Assembly (NCBI GenBank): GCA_044866005.1
Contig: JBIOTN010000020.1
Coordinates: 1 to 33,186 of the forward strand
Direction: 5' to 3'
DNA: 33,186 nt
DNA from: Candidatus Rokuibacteriota bacterium
GTDB taxonomy: Bacteria; Methylomirabilota; Methylomirabilia; Rokubacteriales; DASRDR01
Shown piece after piece: positions 16,907 through 24,705 of this stretch. The position numbers were made by a program, and so were the translations under genes. Every line of letters begins with the position of its first letter. Position 1 is the first letter of the stretch. The notes below the pieces were generated by a model that ran no database searches, had not been told where the DNA came from, and was given only the letters and a program-made list of their open reading frames with translations.

Positions 16907-18301
16907 TCAGGCGGTCGCCTCGGCGACGACAGCCGGTGCCTGCCACTGATGCCGCTGCAGGGCCCCCTCCAGGGCCTGCCGGAACGCCTCCTGCTCGATC
17001 TGGAGATAGTTCAGCGCGACGATCTCTTTGACGTTGTACTTCCAGTACGTGCAGTCGCCGTGCGTCGGGTTCGGGGTCTTCATGGCCTCGAAGGCGCAGC
17101 CGCCGAGGCAGACCGGGAGCATCTTGCACTGCCGGCATTCGGGGAGCCTGAAGGGGGTCCAGTCGTCCCACTTGGCCTGGTTTTGGGCCATCTCGATGGT
17201 CGGGATCAACTTGAGGTGGTCGACCGCCTCTCGCGGCCGCGTCATGTCGTTCCAGCAGCGGTAGATCCGCCCCTCAGGGTCCACGACGGTTCCGTTGGCC
17301 TTGTCCGCGACGCAGACGCTCGTGATCGGCTGAGGCCTCTGGCTCACCCCCCAGCCCCTCCGGTACATCGCCAGATAGGTCTCGGCCATGAACCGGCTGA
17401 ACTCGGGGCCACTCATGCAGGTCGACGCCACGTCGGCGCAGACCTCGGTGTACGCCTCGACGTGCGCCAGGTAGGGGTTCACCCGGCCCTTCAACCCCTC
17501 GGCTTCCAGGATGTCGAGCAACTCCAGAACCCGGTCGCCGTTCGTCTTGTCGCAGTTGATCCGGAGCGAGACTGTCAGGAGGTCGCACACCTCCTTGAGG
17601 TTCCGCACGATCGTGTGGAAGGTCGGCTTCTGCCCGACCTTGAACCGGCGGGCGTCGTGGGTCTCGGGCGGGCCGTCGAGGGTCACCTGAACCTTGGCGA
17701 CCCGAAGCTCGCTCAGCTTCTGGGCCACCGCCCGGGTGAGCAGGGATCCGTTCGTGATCATCCACGCCGAATACCCGACCCGGGCCGCCTCCGTGACCTC
17801 GAAGAACCGGCGGGAGAGGGCCTCGACGACGTCGAGCGCGAGCAGGGGCTCGCCGCCGAACCAGGTGACCGAGATGCTCCGGCCCTCGGCAGCCGCCTGC
17901 CGGACCCGCGCCACCAGGCGATCCTGGACGTCCGGGCTCATCTTCTTGTTGGGGTGCTCCTGGTAGCAGTAGGTGCAGCGGAAGTTGCAGTTGACCGTCG
18001 GGGCGATCGTCAGCGAGAGCTGCCCTCGGCCCTCCCGGGCCCGCTTGTACTGGGCCTCCATGTGCGCCAGCTCGTCCAGCTCGTCCGGGATCAGGAAGCC
18101 GGCCTTCCAGAGCTGGCGGACGAGGGGATCGGACCCCGAGGTGCCGTCCGGCGCCCCCGGCGGCGGCTCGGCCAGGACGGCGTCGACGTCCGGCCTTCGC
18201 TGGAGCGGAAACTCCAGGAGCGCCCCGCTCCGCGTGTTGTAGAGGAGCAGCACTCCGTTCGCGGTCAATTCGACGGGGATGGTGTAGGCCGACGGCTTCA
18301 T
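16907..18301 (-). CDS. Radical SAM/SPASM-domain peptide/protein maturase
   Basis: CNFRCTYC, WFGGEPLL, ITNG, VTLDG. SPASM Cys set: C..GRIYRC...CRQCKMLPVCLGGC...C. N-terminal RRE-like segment (LLYNTRSGAL...LWKAGFL). AAGGAGG RBS precedes ATG 18301. Confidence 0.95.
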   Translation of the reverse strand: MKPSAYTIPVELTANGVLLLYNTRSGALLEFPLQRRPDVDAVLAEPPPGAPDGTSGSDPLVRQLWKAGFLIPDELDELAHMEAQYKRAREGRGQLSLTIAPTVNCNFRCTYCYQEHPNKKMSPDVQDRLVARVRQAAAEGRSISVTWFGGEPLLALDVVEALSRRFFEVTEAARVGYSAWMITNGSLLTRAVAQKLSELRVAKVQVTLDGPPETHDARRFKVGQKPTFHTIVRNLKEVCDLLTVSLRINCDKTNGDRVLELLDILEAEGLKGRVNPYLAHVEAYTEVCADVASTCMSGPEFSRFMAETYLAMYRRGWGVSQRPQPITSVCVADKANGTVVDPEGRIYRCWNDMTRPREAVDHLKLIPTIEMAQNQAKWDDWTPFRLPECRQCKMLPVCLGGCAFEAMKTPNPTHGDCTYWKYNVKEIVALNYLQIEQEAFRQALEGALQRHQWQAPAVVAEATA

Positions 18302-18503
18302 GCGACCCTCCTTGCCTGGGGCTTCGCCCGGATCGCGCGCCGGGCGGACGCGGTGGCTGCCCGGCCTTTTACCTGCGCGGGGCGCGGCGCATGGATCGGG
18401 CCCAGACGACCCGGAGATGCATGCAGGAAACGACCGACGGCAATGCGGTTCCGCGGCAGGCGAGCGGCGGCATCCGATTCGACCTCCGACCCGACTTGCG
18501 CGG

Positions 18504-18532
18504 ACTCTAGGCCCTGTCGCCATTACTGTCAA
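18504..18532 (-). promoter_or_regulatory. Sigma70-type promoter of the rSAM operon
   Basis: TTGACA-N17-TAGAGT. Confidence 0.75.
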
Positions 18533-18546
18533 GCACCTAGGTGTTT
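18531..18546. promoter_or_regulatory. Palindromic operator candidate abutting the -35 box
   Basis: AAGCACCTAGGTGTTT, with a perfect 10-bp core CACCTAGGTG. Confidence 0.5.
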
Positions 18547-18677
18547 ACTCGCGCGCGGCCGATCGGCAGCTCGAATACTCGCGCAGGCACCTCGCGTCGG
18601 GCGGTCGGGGCTCGCCAGGGGGCGCCCGGACGGCCTCGACGCCGCGCGGCCCGGCCTCCTCGCATATAATCGGGGAC

Positions 18678-19373
18678 GTGGCGAGGTCGAGGGCACGGCG
18701 CGAGCCAGGCGAGCGGTGGCCCCCCTCCCCGCTCCGGCGGCGCTTCCGCAGAACGCTCCTCGGCTGGTACGCGCGCCACCGTCGGGATCTCCCCTGGCGG
18801 CAGACCCACGACCCCTACCACGTCCTCGTCTCCGAGGTCATGCTCCAGCAGACCCAGGTCGAGCGCGTGATCCCGAAGTATCGCGAGTTCCTGGGGCGCT
18901 ATCCGACGCTCGAGGCCCTGGCCGCGGCGGACCCGGCCGACGTCCGGCAGGCGTGGTACCCGCTCGGCTACAACGTCCGCCCCTCGCACCTCCACGGGAT
19001 CGCCCGCGAGGCCGTGGCGCGCTACGGCGGCCGGCTCCCCGACGAGGACCGGACGCTCCGCTCGCTCAAGGGGATCGGGCGGTACACCGCCGGGGCCGTC
19101 CTCTGCTTCGCCTACGGCCGGCGGGCGCCGATCCTGGACACGAACGTGCGCCGGGTCCTGGGCCGCGTCTTCTTCGGCCAGGATGGGCGCCGGATCGCGC
19201 CGGGGGCACTCTGGCGGCTCGCGGAGCGTCTGCTCCCGCGCCGCCGCGTCTACGACTTCAACCAGGGCCTCATGGATTTCGGCGCAACCTGCTGCACGGC
19301 ACGAAACCCGCTCTGCCTGACCTGTCCCATGCGCGCCTTCTGCCGAGCTTGGGCGTCGGGAGCCATCCGGTGA
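18678..19373 (+). CDS. mutY: A/G-specific adenine glycosylase, catalytic domain only
   Basis: RDLPWR, SEVMLQQT, W..LGY..R, HhH LKGIGRYTAGA, DTNVRRV, and the [4Fe-4S] motif CTARNPLCLTCPMRAFC. TATAAT at 18665-18670 is 7 nt before the GTG. Confidence 0.92.
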   Translation: MARSRARREPGERWPPSPLRRRFRRTLLGWYARHRRDLPWRQTHDPYHVLVSEVMLQQTQVERVIPKYREFLGRYPTLEALAAADPADVRQAWYPLGYNVRPSHLHGIAREAVARYGGRLPDEDRTLRSLKGIGRYTAGAVLCFAYGRRAPILDTNVRRVLGRVFFGQDGRRIAPGALWRLAERLLPRRRVYDFNQGLMDFGATCCTARNPLCLTCPMRAFCRAWASGAIR

Positions 19374-20404
19374 GGGCGCGCGGTCTCCCCATGGTCCTCG
19401 GCCAGGTCGAGGCCTGCACGCGGTGCCCGACGATCCGCGGGTACCGGAAGTTTCCGCGCGCCGCCGCGGGGCGCCGTGACGCCCGCTTCATGCTCGTCGG
19501 CGAGGCGCCCGGCATCGCGAGCATCCGGAACGCCCGGCAGTGGACCGGCAGCGGAGGCATGCTGCTCCGCCGGGAGGTCCGGCGGCTGGGCCTGGATCTG
19601 GAGGACCTCTTCTACCTCACGAACGCCGTGAAGTGCTGGCCGGCCGCGCCGGGGCGACGGCCCACCAACCGGAGCCCGCGCCGGAGCGAGGCGGCTCGCT
19701 GCGCGCCGTTCCTCGCCCGGGAGATCGCGGCGCTCGACCCCGCGGTGATCGTCGCGGTGGGCGCGGTCGCGGCCCGGGCCGTCGTGCCGGGGCCGGTCCG
19801 ACTCCCCGACGACCACGGCCGGCGCGTTTGCCTGAATGGCCGCGAGGTCATCGTCCTCCTCCATCCGGCCAACGCGAGCCGCCACCCCACGGTCTGGCCG
19901 GGCTACCGGGCATCGCTCCTGGGCCTGTTCGCCGAGCTGGCGGCGCGGGCCGGCTTCCCGGTCGTCGAGGTCACCGCGGCGCTCATCCGACGGAACGGCC
20001 GGTACCTGGTCGGCCAGCGCCCGGCAGACAAGCACCTCGGCGGGCTCTGGGAGTTCCCCGGCGGCAAGCGTCAGGCCGGGGAGAGCCTCGAGGCGTGCCT
20101 CGTCCGCGAGCTCGAGGAGGAGCTGGGGGTCCGCGCGACGGTCGGCGAGCGGGTGGCGGTCGTCCCGTGGGCCTATCCCGACCGGCGCGTCGTCCTGTAC
20201 TTTTACCGCTGCGACATCGGGCGGCAGCGCGTCGCGCCGCGCGAGGCCCAGCCGATCCGCTGGGCCACGCCGCGCCAGCTGGCGGGGCTTCCGTTCCCCC
20301 CGGCGGACGCGGCCATCGTCGAACGACTCGGGCGGCGCGAACCGCGCCGCTCACGGGCTCCGGGCGTCCGACCGACCGTCCCGGAAAGGAGACGCGATGA
20401 GTGA
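19370..20404 (+). CDS. Fusion of a family-4-like uracil-DNA glycosylase and a MutT/Nudix hydrolase
   Basis: N-terminal half: CTRC, LVGEAPG, TNAVKC, NRSP...C, LLHPA. C-terminal half: WEFPGG and an intact Nudix box GKRQAGESLEACLVRELEEELGV. GTG overlaps the mutY stop (GTGA); ATG 19391 is an alternative start. Confidence 0.88.
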   Translation: MRARGLPMVLGQVEACTRCPTIRGYRKFPRAAAGRRDARFMLVGEAPGIASIRNARQWTGSGGMLLRREVRRLGLDLEDLFYLTNAVKCWPAAPGRRPTNRSPRRSEAARCAPFLAREIAALDPAVIVAVGAVAARAVVPGPVRLPDDHGRRVCLNGREVIVLLHPANASRHPTVWPGYRASLLGLFAELAARAGFPVVEVTAALIRRNGRYLVGQRPADKHLGGLWEFPGGKRQAGESLEACLVRELEEELGVRATVGERVAVVPWAYPDRRVVLYFYRCDIGRQRVAPREAQPIRWATPRQLAGLPFPPADAAIVERLGRREPRRSRAPGVRPTVPERRRDE

Positions 20405-20501
20405 TCGGGCAGCGATCGTCCTCCACGGCGTGGTTGCGTTCGTCATCGTCCTGATCGTCGTCGTCCTCGGCGCCTCCGGCGCGATCTTCCTGGGGAAATG
20501 A
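20397..20501 (+). CDS. 34-aa single-pass small membrane protein
   Basis: AAAGGAG RBS precedes the ATG. Sequence MSDRAAIVLHGVVAFVIVLIVVVLGASGAIFLGK. Overlaps the end of the UDG-Nudix gene. Confidence 0.6.
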   Translation: MSDRAAIVLHGVVAFVIVLIVVVLGASGAIFLGK

Positions 20502-20502
20502 C

Positions 20503-20534
20503 CTCGGAGCGGGGCCTCGACGGCCCCCTCCGAG
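20503..20534. repeat. REP-like hairpin / possible terminator between convergent genes
   Basis: CTCGGAG.GGGGCC..GGCCCC.CTCCGAG, related to the terminal hairpin of elements B and C. Confidence 0.6.
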
Positions 20535-20627
20535 ACCTCCCCCGGCAGATATCCCAGCGGCAGAGCCGCCGCTCGAGAGCCGCCTGCCACCCCTGCGGGC
20601 CCGCCGCGTCTTGCCTTCGCCGATTTA

Positions 20628-21152
20628 CTAGGGCCAGATCGTCAGGTTCGGATGGCGGCGCCAGAAGTAGGCGGCCATCGCACCGGCCGCCAGCAGGTTG
20701 CCGAGGAGGATCGCCGGCCAGGTCACGGCGTGGAGGATCGGCTCCGCGAAGGCCATCGCGAGCAGGACGAAGCCGAACTCGAACACGACGAAGAGCAGCA
20801 CGATCCCGAAGCCGAGGTTCGGTCGCGCCTCCGCCAGGGCCAGGAGCCGCGAGGCAATCCCGCCGATCACGCAGAAGACGAGGCCGTGGACCCAGGTGTA
20901 GGTGAGGACCATCTCGAACGAGATCGGCACGTCGCGGACCGTGGCGAGCGCCTCACGCTTGAAGAGCGCGTTCCCGAGCACGGTCGGCGTGTAGAGCGGC
21001 CGGCCCTGCACCGAGTCCAGGATCAGGAACCAGATCGCGATCGTCGCCGCGCCGATGAGGCCGGCGATGATCCCGTCCTGGTAGAGCGTGTCCACCCGCA
21101 CCTTCGGGCCTTCGACCGCCGTCGAGCCGGTCACGTCCCTGTCGCCGATCAT
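20628..21152 (-). CDS. Hypothetical integral membrane protein (about 4 TM)
   Basis: Four hydrophobic segments; GRPLYTP..LG and YT..HG motifs. GGAAGGAG RBS precedes ATG 21152. An upstream in-frame ATG at 21350 also has GGGAGG, so the start is ambiguous. Confidence 0.8.
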   Translation of the reverse strand: MIGDRDVTGSTAVEGPKVRVDTLYQDGIIAGLIGAATIAIWFLILDSVQGRPLYTPTVLGNALFKREALATVRDVPISFEMVLTYTWVHGLVFCVIGGIASRLLALAEARPNLGFGIVLLFVVFEFGFVLLAMAFAEPILHAVTWPAILLGNLLAAGAMAAYFWRRHPNLTIWP

Positions 21153-21388
21153 GGCGCGTCTCCTTCCAGGATCCGGAATGAGGACGCCGACCGGCACGGA
21201 GTCCTCGCGCTCTGGAGCGGGCCGCCCCGCGCGCCGGTTTTGCCGGCGCAACGGTGCCGGGGAGCGAGACAAACGCGAACGCCCTCGGCGGCCATTCCGA
21301 TGGTCGACGAGGGCGTCGAAGAGTTGTGCCGGGCGCCGAGCCAGGGTCATGCTGCCTCCCCGTGGCCGGACGAGACGTCGTGACAGCG

Positions 21389-21418
21389 ACTCTATGCCTC
21401 TCCCGTCCCGACTGTCAA
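21389..21418 (-). promoter_or_regulatory. Sigma70-type promoter
   Basis: TTGACA-N18-TAGAGT upstream of the membrane protein gene. Confidence 0.6.
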
Positions 21419-21531
21419 GGAAGCCGCGGCGCGGGCGGCGCCGTATCCGAACGTCCCGACGCGTACGTCATCGCGGACGGCGGCGGGCGGAGAGCGGCCC
21501 GAAACGCGGAGCGTTTCGAGGGGGCACGGCG

Positions 21532-21547
21532 TGGCACGGCTGTTGCT
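21532..21547 (+). promoter_or_regulatory. Sigma54 (-24/-12) promoter
   Basis: TGGCACG-GCTG-TTGCT, an exact match to the TGGCACG-N4-TTGCW consensus. Confidence 0.75.
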
Positions 21548-21560
21548 GGCCCAGGCGGAC

Positions 21561-21956
21561 GTGGCTCGACGGCTCGGCCTCTGGCTCCTCGCGGCGGGCG
21601 GCCTCGCGCTCGCGTCGCTCGCGGCCGTCGGTGCCGGCTCGACATTCCCCGGGCCTCGGCCCGGCCCGCCGGAAGAGGCGTGGGCGCGCCTCGTCGCGAC
21701 AGGAGACGCGCTGGCAGCCGGCGCGGCCCCGAGCCTCGCCGCCGGCGCGCCCCCCAGCGCCCGGACCGCGTACCTGCTCGCGTTCCACGCGGCACAGGAC
21801 ACCGGCGACCTCTACCGGATGCTGGCCGCGGCCGAGCGGCTTCACCGTGTGGGGGAGGAGGCCCTCGCGCTTCACGTGCGCCGGGCGGCGCGCCACGTCG
21901 CCCGTGAGGCCGGGCGGCCGCGCGCCGACGCGCTGCCGGCGGATCGGCCGCGGTAG
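21561..21956 (+). CDS. Hypothetical exported/membrane-anchored helical protein
   Basis: N-terminal RR plus a hydrophobic stretch, then an Ala-rich helical body. The start is moved to GTG 21561 because GTG 21531 overlaps the sigma54 box. Confidence 0.6.
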   Translation: MARRLGLWLLAAGGLALASLAAVGAGSTFPGPRPGPPEEAWARLVATGDALAAGAAPSLAAGAPPSARTAYLLAFHAAQDTGDLYRMLAAAERLHRVGEEALALHVRRAARHVAREAGRPRADALPADRPR

Positions 21957-21963
21957 GCCCGGC

Positions 21964-22917
21964 TTATCGCGACGGAGCGAGGCGGAACTTCTGGAAGGAG
22001 CGGATCTCCCGGGGCGGAGTCTCGTGCCGGCCCTTCGCCGTGTAGGAGACCTCGGCGACGTAGAGGTCGCCGCGCGAGTCGAGCGCCACCCCGTGGGGCG
22101 CGACGAACTGCCCGGGCTGTTCCCCGGCGAAGCGGTCGCCCACCCGCGCGAGCAGCTCCCCCTTGAGGGACACGATGCTGACGCGGGCGCCGAGGTTCGG
22201 CACGGCCGCGTTCACCGCGAGGTGGCTCGGGAGCTCGCCCACGTAGAGCCTCCCGCCGTTCCGCGGGTCGGCCAGGAGGCCGCACGGCCGGTGAAGGTTG
22301 TTCAGCTGGCCCTGGTAGCGCCCGCGGGCGTCGAAGATCTGGACCCGGTGATTCTCGCGGTCGGCGACGTAGACCAGGCCCTCGGCGTCGGTGGCGATGT
22401 TGTGCGGGATGTTGAAGCAGGCCGGGTCGGTGCCCGGCCCCCCCCAGGAGAAGAGGTGGCGCCCTCGGGGGTCGTACTTGTGGACGTGCGAGTTGCCGTA
22501 GCCGTCGGAGATGTAGAGGTCGCCCGTGTTCGGGCAGATCGCGACGTGCGTGGGGCGGTTGAACGGTTTCCCGCTGTGAGGGTCGGCCGGCCGGTCCGCC
22601 GTCCCGATCGTGAGGAGGAGCCGCCCCTCGGGCGTGAACTGCCGGACGGTGTGGTTGCCGTCGTCGGTGAGCCAGACCGAGTCGTCGGGCCCGATCGTGA
22701 TGCCGTGGGCACGGCTGACCAGGCCCTCGCCCCAGGCGCGGAGGAAGGTCCCCTCCCGGTCGAAGACGATCACCGGGTGCTCTCCGCGGTTGAAGACGTA
22801 GACCTGGTCCCGACGGTCCACGGCGACCGCGGTCGCCTCCAGGAACCGCCAGCCCGCGGGCAGCTTCCCCCACCCTTCCAGCACCGTGTATCGCAGCGCG
22901 TCGCCGATCGGGCTCAT
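21964..22917 (-). CDS. NHL-repeat beta-propeller, peptidyl-alpha-hydroxyglycine alpha-amidating lyase (PAL)-like
   Basis: VYVFNRG.HPV, AHGI, FNRPTHVA, SDGYGNS.VHK, PHNIA, VADRENHRVQIF, PHGVA motifs. GGAGGA RBS. Confidence 0.9.
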   Translation of the reverse strand: MSPIGDALRYTVLEGWGKLPAGWRFLEATAVAVDRRDQVYVFNRGEHPVIVFDREGTFLRAWGEGLVSRAHGITIGPDDSVWLTDDGNHTVRQFTPEGRLLLTIGTADRPADPHSGKPFNRPTHVAICPNTGDLYISDGYGNSHVHKYDPRGRHLFSWGGPGTDPACFNIPHNIATDAEGLVYVADRENHRVQIFDARGRYQGQLNNLHRPCGLLADPRNGGRLYVGELPSHLAVNAAVPNLGARVSIVSLKGELLARVGDRFAGEQPGQFVAPHGVALDSRGDLYVAEVSYTAKGRHETPPREIRSFQKFRLAPSR

Positions 22918-22942
22918 CACTCCTCCCTCGGCCGGCGGGCCG

Positions 22943-23258
22943 TCAGACCACCGGCCAGCGCGGCTTGAGCGTCTCCTGGTACGGAAGGCGCCGCGCGATC
23001 CGCTCCGCGATGCGCTGGCCCTCCGTGAGGACCTTCCCCACATCGATGCTGGTCAGACGGCGGTCCTCCATCAGGATCCGGCCGTCCACGATCGTCGTCT
23101 CGACGTCGGCGCCCTCGCCCGCCTAGACGAGGTCGAGGCTGTGTCCACGGCCGCGATCCGGTCGGCGCGGATGCCGACGGCCCCGTCCTTCAGGATCGCC
23201 GCCGGCCGTCCATGGTCACGACGGTGCCGTGCTCGATCTCGAGGTCAAAAGCCGTCAT
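22943..23258 (-). pseudogene. Amidohydrolase (MtaD/Atz-Trz-like) remnant
   Basis: RBS + MTAFDLEIEHGTVVTMDGRR, a frameshift, ILKDGAVGIRADRIAAVD, then directly the family C-terminus LV*AGEGADVETTIVDGRILMEDRRL...RWPVV*. The catalytic barrel is deleted. Confidence 0.8.
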
Positions 23259-23295
23259 GGCCCTCCTCGGTCGGCGGGCGGGCGCGACGGCCGGG

Positions 23296-24006
23296 TCACC
23301 GGAGCGAGAACTGCACGAGCTCCCAGGTCTCGCGCCCTTTCCCGAGGTAGTGCGCGGCGGTGCGGTTGTTCCGCTTCTTGACGACCTGCTTGACCTCGGG
23401 AGCGTACCAGATCTCCTCCGCCAGGCCCCAGTTCGTGCTCGGCTGGCTGACCAGGTGAAAGGCCCGGAACTCGCCGGCGGGGACCTTCACGGACTCGTAC
23501 TCCTCGACACGCCAGAAGACCTCGACGGGGACCCAGGAGAGCGTCCGCTGATAGTCCTGGAAGGTGAAGATCGCCCGCCAGGCCTTCCCGACGTAGAAGG
23601 GAAAGTCGAGCGAGCGCACCGACGGCGCGCCCTCGCGAAGGACCTTGCCGCCGCTGATGACCGCCACGAAGTTGAGGTCGCGGTCGTAGTAGAGCGTCTC
23701 CGGCCCCGCCGCGAAGACGAGCACCGGGCCGTTCTTGTAGACGTCCTCCCTCTCGAAGGTCAGGGTCAGCGAATAGGGCTCCTTGAGCGCCGAGTCGCTG
23801 ACCCGGTAGGTCCAGCTCGAGCCCGGCCGGAGGAGCGGCGCGTCCACGACGGCCGAGAGCGGCGGCATGGCTCTCCGCCCGCCGCAGGCGCCGAGGGCGA
23901 GCCCGGCGACGAGGACGGCGGCGAGCCGCCACGCGTCCGCCGGCCACGGCCGGAGCCGGCACGCAGAGGCGGGGGCGGTCCTGGTGCGCCCGGCCATCCT
24001 CAGCAT
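23296..24006 (-). CDS. Hypothetical lipoprotein (beta-rich, VPAG.F motif)
   Basis: Lipobox LALGAC; GSSWTY, ESVKVPAGEFRA, WYAPEV..VVK motifs. Start uncertain. Confidence 0.75.
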   Translation of the reverse strand: MLRMAGRTRTAPASACRLRPWPADAWRLAAVLVAGLALGACGGRRAMPPLSAVVDAPLLRPGSSWTYRVSDSALKEPYSLTLTFEREDVYKNGPVLVFAAGPETLYYDRDLNFVAVISGGKVLREGAPSVRSLDFPFYVGKAWRAIFTFQDYQRTLSWVPVEVFWRVEEYESVKVPAGEFRAFHLVSQPSTNWGLAEEIWYAPEVKQVVKKRNNRTAAHYLGKGRETWELVQFSLR

Positions 24007-24659
24007 CCCGGGGCGTGGTGGATGCCCGCGGTCTTCAGCGCGAGGGCCTGGAGCTCTTCCGCCAGCTCGAGCGTCCGCTGGGAGGCTCGCCGCGCGGCCT
24101 CCTGGGCCTGGCCCGTCGTCGCGTAGCGGAGGAGCAGCCGGCGCCCCAGCTCGTGGTGGTGCCGCTCGTCCGGCTCGATGATCTCGCGGTAGAGGCGCGC
24201 GGTCGTCGGGTCGCCCGCGGCCTCGCAGAAGTCGATGAACTGCCGGTTCTTCACGATGGCGATCGCCTCCCGGGTGAACTGGCCGGCGGCCACGCGCTCG
24301 ACCGTGCTCTGGAGCGTGTCGAGATACCGGAACAGCGGGCCGTAGCCCTTGGCGAGTGGATCGAAGCCGCGCGCGTCGAACCCGAGCTCGCCGAGCCGCT
24401 CGGCGATGAGCCGATAGTGCTTCGCCTCGTCACCCACCTGGCGCGCCAGGGCGAGCTTCACGTCGAGCGGCTCCGTCGTGACCATCCACCGGGCGGCGCT
24501 CTCGCTGGCCTCGATCTCGTTCTTGAGCGCGACCTTGAGGAGGTTCACGATCGTCAGATCGCCTTCGATCTCCGGCTTCAGGGTCGCCTCGGGCGCGAGC
24601 CGCCGGAGCAACTCCTCGTTCCGCGCGTCGAGGTCCTTGACGAACGCCTCGCTGTCCAT
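24000..24659 (-). CDS. Ferritin-like di-iron four-helix-bundle protein
   Basis: NEIEA, DEAKH, REAIA and DERHH carboxylate/His motifs. GGAG RBS precedes MDSEAF. Confidence 0.85.
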   Translation of the reverse strand: MDSEAFVKDLDARNEELLRRLAPEATLKPEIEGDLTIVNLLKVALKNEIEASESAARWMVTTEPLDVKLALARQVGDEAKHYRLIAERLGELGFDARGFDPLAKGYGPLFRYLDTLQSTVERVAAGQFTREAIAIVKNRQFIDFCEAAGDPTTARLYREIIEPDERHHHELGRRLLLRYATTGQAQEAARRASQRTLELAEELQALALKTAGIHHAPGC

Positions 24660-24705
24660 GTCTCCACTCCCCATCACCCGACCCCTCCGCCCCGGCTATC
24701 CGTCT

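Noticed and set aside
13414..18301. Treating the SPASM enzyme as the AmmeMemoRadiSam radical SAM partner
   Set aside because: That partner is a PFL-activase-like enzyme without SPASM or RRE domains. The genes are convergent, and the rSAM has its own adjacent Cys-rich target.
18300..18677. N-terminal extensions of MutY (from 18300) and of the rSAM (to 18532)
   Set aside because: They overlap each other and the promoters. RBS and -10 evidence support starts at 18678 and 18301.
16205..20404. 1399-aa plus-strand ORF
   Set aside because: Only 19370-20404 is real (UDG-Nudix). The rest is antisense to the rSAM operon or out of frame with mutY, a high-GC artefact.
433..22917. TldD or the PAL-like NHL protein as processing enzymes for the Cys-rich protein
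   Set aside because: Both lie in separate transcription units kilobases away and are widespread genes. Nothing in the sequence links them.
23997..24008. Gly-Cys-TGA-Gly at the end of the ferritin-like gene, resembling a GCUG selenocysteine motif
   Set aside because: Read-through gives low-complexity sequence overlapping the next gene, and I cannot identify a convincing SECIS. TGA is the usual stop codon in this DNA.
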